Translations under genes and position numbers: made by a program
Origin: Glycera tridactyla
Taxonomy: Eukaryota
Direction of reading: 5' to 3'
DNA length: 64,000 nucleotides
Assembly (NCBI GenBank): GCA_965644265.1
Contig: OZ286465.1
Coordinates: forward strand, 90,644,001 to 90,708,000
In this document: positions 61,261 through 64,000 of the stretch, piece by piece
Layout: every line of letters starts with the position of its first letter
Numbering within the stretch: position 1 is the first letter of the stretch
The notes under the pieces: model-generated
The model's input: the letters and a program-made list of their open reading frames with translations, nothing else
What the model was told of the DNA's origin: nothing
The model's database searches: none

Positions 61261-64000
61261 TGAGGACAGGATATATCAACAGGTGTTTGTACTATATCTC
61301 ATTGTATACATCATAAAAACACGTCCTCATTAGAAGGCAATAAGGAAACAGCATCCGTCATTATCTATGTACGTCATAGATGTCTAACGAGGTCACACGT
61401 AGTCAGCAATGAGAGCAGAGCCAACTCCTGGCGGGGGAATCCAGCGACCGGAAACAATCAGACTGCCTCTGGCGGAGGAAAGCGATCGCTCGCTGCAGAA
61501 TGAGTCGCATCTGCAGTCGACGCACAGAGAGAGTGAGCGTCGCACCTCGGCGAGCTCAGCTCCGCCCTGACTCCTCAGTATTCAATCATATTATCCAACT
61601 CTACCACTCGGCAGCTATGAACCTTGCCTCATACAGGATACAACCTCATGCGAGGCTTCCTCCTCGGAATGAAGCAATGTCAAATCGGTATAGCGCATTT
61701 TGCTGTTTTTCCATGTTTTTGTATGGAGTATACACAACAGTTGAAGCGAGGACTGGGTTTTCGATCGGATTAAAAGGAATCCTAGAGCATGTGGATTACC
61801 GATGTTCAGCACTGACTGGGGCCACTCTCCACCCAGGATTAGGATTACTTTAAGTGGTTGAGGTAAATATTCATGATTGGCTAAGATTATCCCTCATGTA
61901 TGCATATGTATTTTCTATTCTGTTTGAGCCCGATGAGGGACCTTGGAGAGTGGCCTCATGTATGCCCATTTCATGAATATCTCGGGTTTTGCTGACGAAA
62001 CTAGAAACGAGCATACACCCAATATTGTGTTGATGACTCTGAACGGGTGCTCTTCCAGACTCCTGATTCCTAGTGGTGAGGGGGTTGCTGGAAAGTGCAA
62101 ATATTGAGCCAATTGTCAGATATTGTTTGGGAGCTGCGTGATGTAGAGGTAGCGTCGTCACACTTGACTCAAATGTGAAACAGCTGTCGTGGAATAGGTG
62201 ACCATGGCTGGGGTATGCGGATGCATGTGGGGTACCAGTATGGGTGAACCATACACTAGACTAATAGTCAAAGACTACATGAGTGGTCTTCCCCTCCCCC
62301 CCCCCCCCCCCCCAACTCATGCCCCGTGTTGAGCTCAAAACGCGGAAATAGGCATGAGCTACACACCACCATGGCTGGGTGATGTGAGCGCCTATCTAGG
62401 ATCTGAAAACAATGGTCCTAGGTTAGCATTGGCTATAACGCATGACTACAAAAATATATTCTATTATAAGTGACTACAAAATCCAGTTACNNNNNNNNNN
62501 NNNNNNNNNNNNNNNNNNNNNNNNNNNNNNNNNNNNNNNNNNNNNNNNNNNNNNNNNNNNNNNNNNNNNNNNNNNNNNNNNNNNNNNNNNNNNNNNNNNN
62601 NNNNNNNNNNNNNNNNNNNNNNNNNNNNNNNNNNNNNNNNNNNNNNNAATCCAATCACAGGCTGAGGGTTGCGCCTTGCCAAGATCAGGCCTGTCACCCA
62701 TAATTAGGTCACAGCAGCACTGGGGAGATCAGAACCTTCAGGCTCTGACAGTGGTACTGGACTGAGATCAGTCAAAACAGTTGAACAAACAAACAAACAA
62801 TTGTGAGGATACCTTGGGCCGAAGCTTTTGATTTGCTTTTGAATGAGCCATCATTGACTAATCTTGGGACATGAGCGACCCCCTGAACCAACAAATAATT
62901 AGATTGTTAGATTCACCGAGACTATTCATTATATTGCATTATTCCTATTCGTGAGAGTCTGACATTCCCCAGAAGAGCTTTTCTACTGCGTTCATATTTA
63001 TTGTGCGTGCGCGCTTGTATGCGTCTGCGGGGCACATGTGTATTTTGGCAGTTTCAAACTGCGGGAAAATTCGGAATTGAAATGTCATAATCAATGAATC
63101 AATCAATCACTAAGTCGTGTAGCCACTGAGCAAGCCAGTCAATTGACCATTGAATCGACGGGCGTACCAGAGAAGGCAATAAAATGATTATTTCAATCCC
63201 AACCTACTGCGATATCTCTGAGCAAACATTTAGATCACGATAACCTTTCACTACTCGCGTCACAAATTTTGTTGCGATAGATCTGATGAGGTGGAATGAA
63301 GGTTAACAGTGTGATCATATAGACTTGCCCGATCTTCGCATTCATCTTCATACATCATGTTGATTCAAGAGAATAAACTTTGCCTTTTACGTGGTGATTC
63401 CCCTGGCATTCGAAACGTTCCCTCCACCAGCCTTCTTTCTAGTTATTCGCTTGCGACGTCAAAGCATCATAAGTCTGTTTGATTTTCCGCATATTCTTTT
63501 GGGTCTCTGTGACGAACGACACAACGTACTAATGAAGGCAATCTAGTTCAGCAGAACGTCTTTGATATCTTAAAGCACCTACCATAAAGTAAGTGTGACA
63601 GAGATGTAGTTTCCCTGACACAACACGTTTTCAGAGTCCTCTCTGCGACTATGCGTGTTGATCTCTCGAGGCACATGTGTCTTCTGGGGATTGCTAAGAT
63701 GGTGGGTGATTGGTTGATGTCTGATTCGACACCAGCTGGGCTATATTGAGACATGCTTGCAATGGGAATAGGAGTGCATCGTGACATCATCATGTTGAAT
63801 AGTTCGTCTTCCATAGAAAAGATGCGCGCGCACGTGTGTGTCGATGTACTATGTCTTGTATTTTTGCGTGTGTGTTGGTGCCTTTCTCGTCTCCTAGGTA
63901 ATGCACTAACACTGACACAGAGTATATGCATGGGCTAGGCTTTCTGCCGTAACCATCAGCACCTATAGCCAAGTACATATTCTCACCTGGGTGAAGTGAT

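Overview
Eukaryotic (metazoan, invertebrate-like by inference), repeat-rich genomic DNA of roughly 40% GC, with 12 short N-runs. I recognise no intact protein-coding gene, no true tRNA/rRNA gene, no CRISPR array and no operon-like organisation. Most long ORFs in the track are artefacts of microsatellites or N-runs. The only convincing protein-level signals are two decayed fragments of a CR1/L2-group non-LTR retrotransposon ORF2 (45.2-45.9 kb, + strand, with the RT YADD motif; 47.66-48.03 kb, - strand, post-RT domain). The rest is three SINE-like families (one with two young TSD-flanked copies), several non-autonomous DNA transposons (Tc1/mariner-pogo-like MITEs with TA TSDs, a hAT-like MITE with an 8-bp TSD, a Harbinger-like end, and a very young long-TIR TGT...ACA foldback element), minisatellites, local tandem duplications and many microsatellites. 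The most informative larger-scale signals are a sharp CpG-depleted to CpG-normal transition near 9.4 kb, a promoter-like motif cluster with a tandem-amplified YY1-like unit at 41.7-42.8 kb, and a possible frameshifted LRR relic at 43.7-44.0 kb. I found no well-supported novel biological system; all findings are hypotheses to test.
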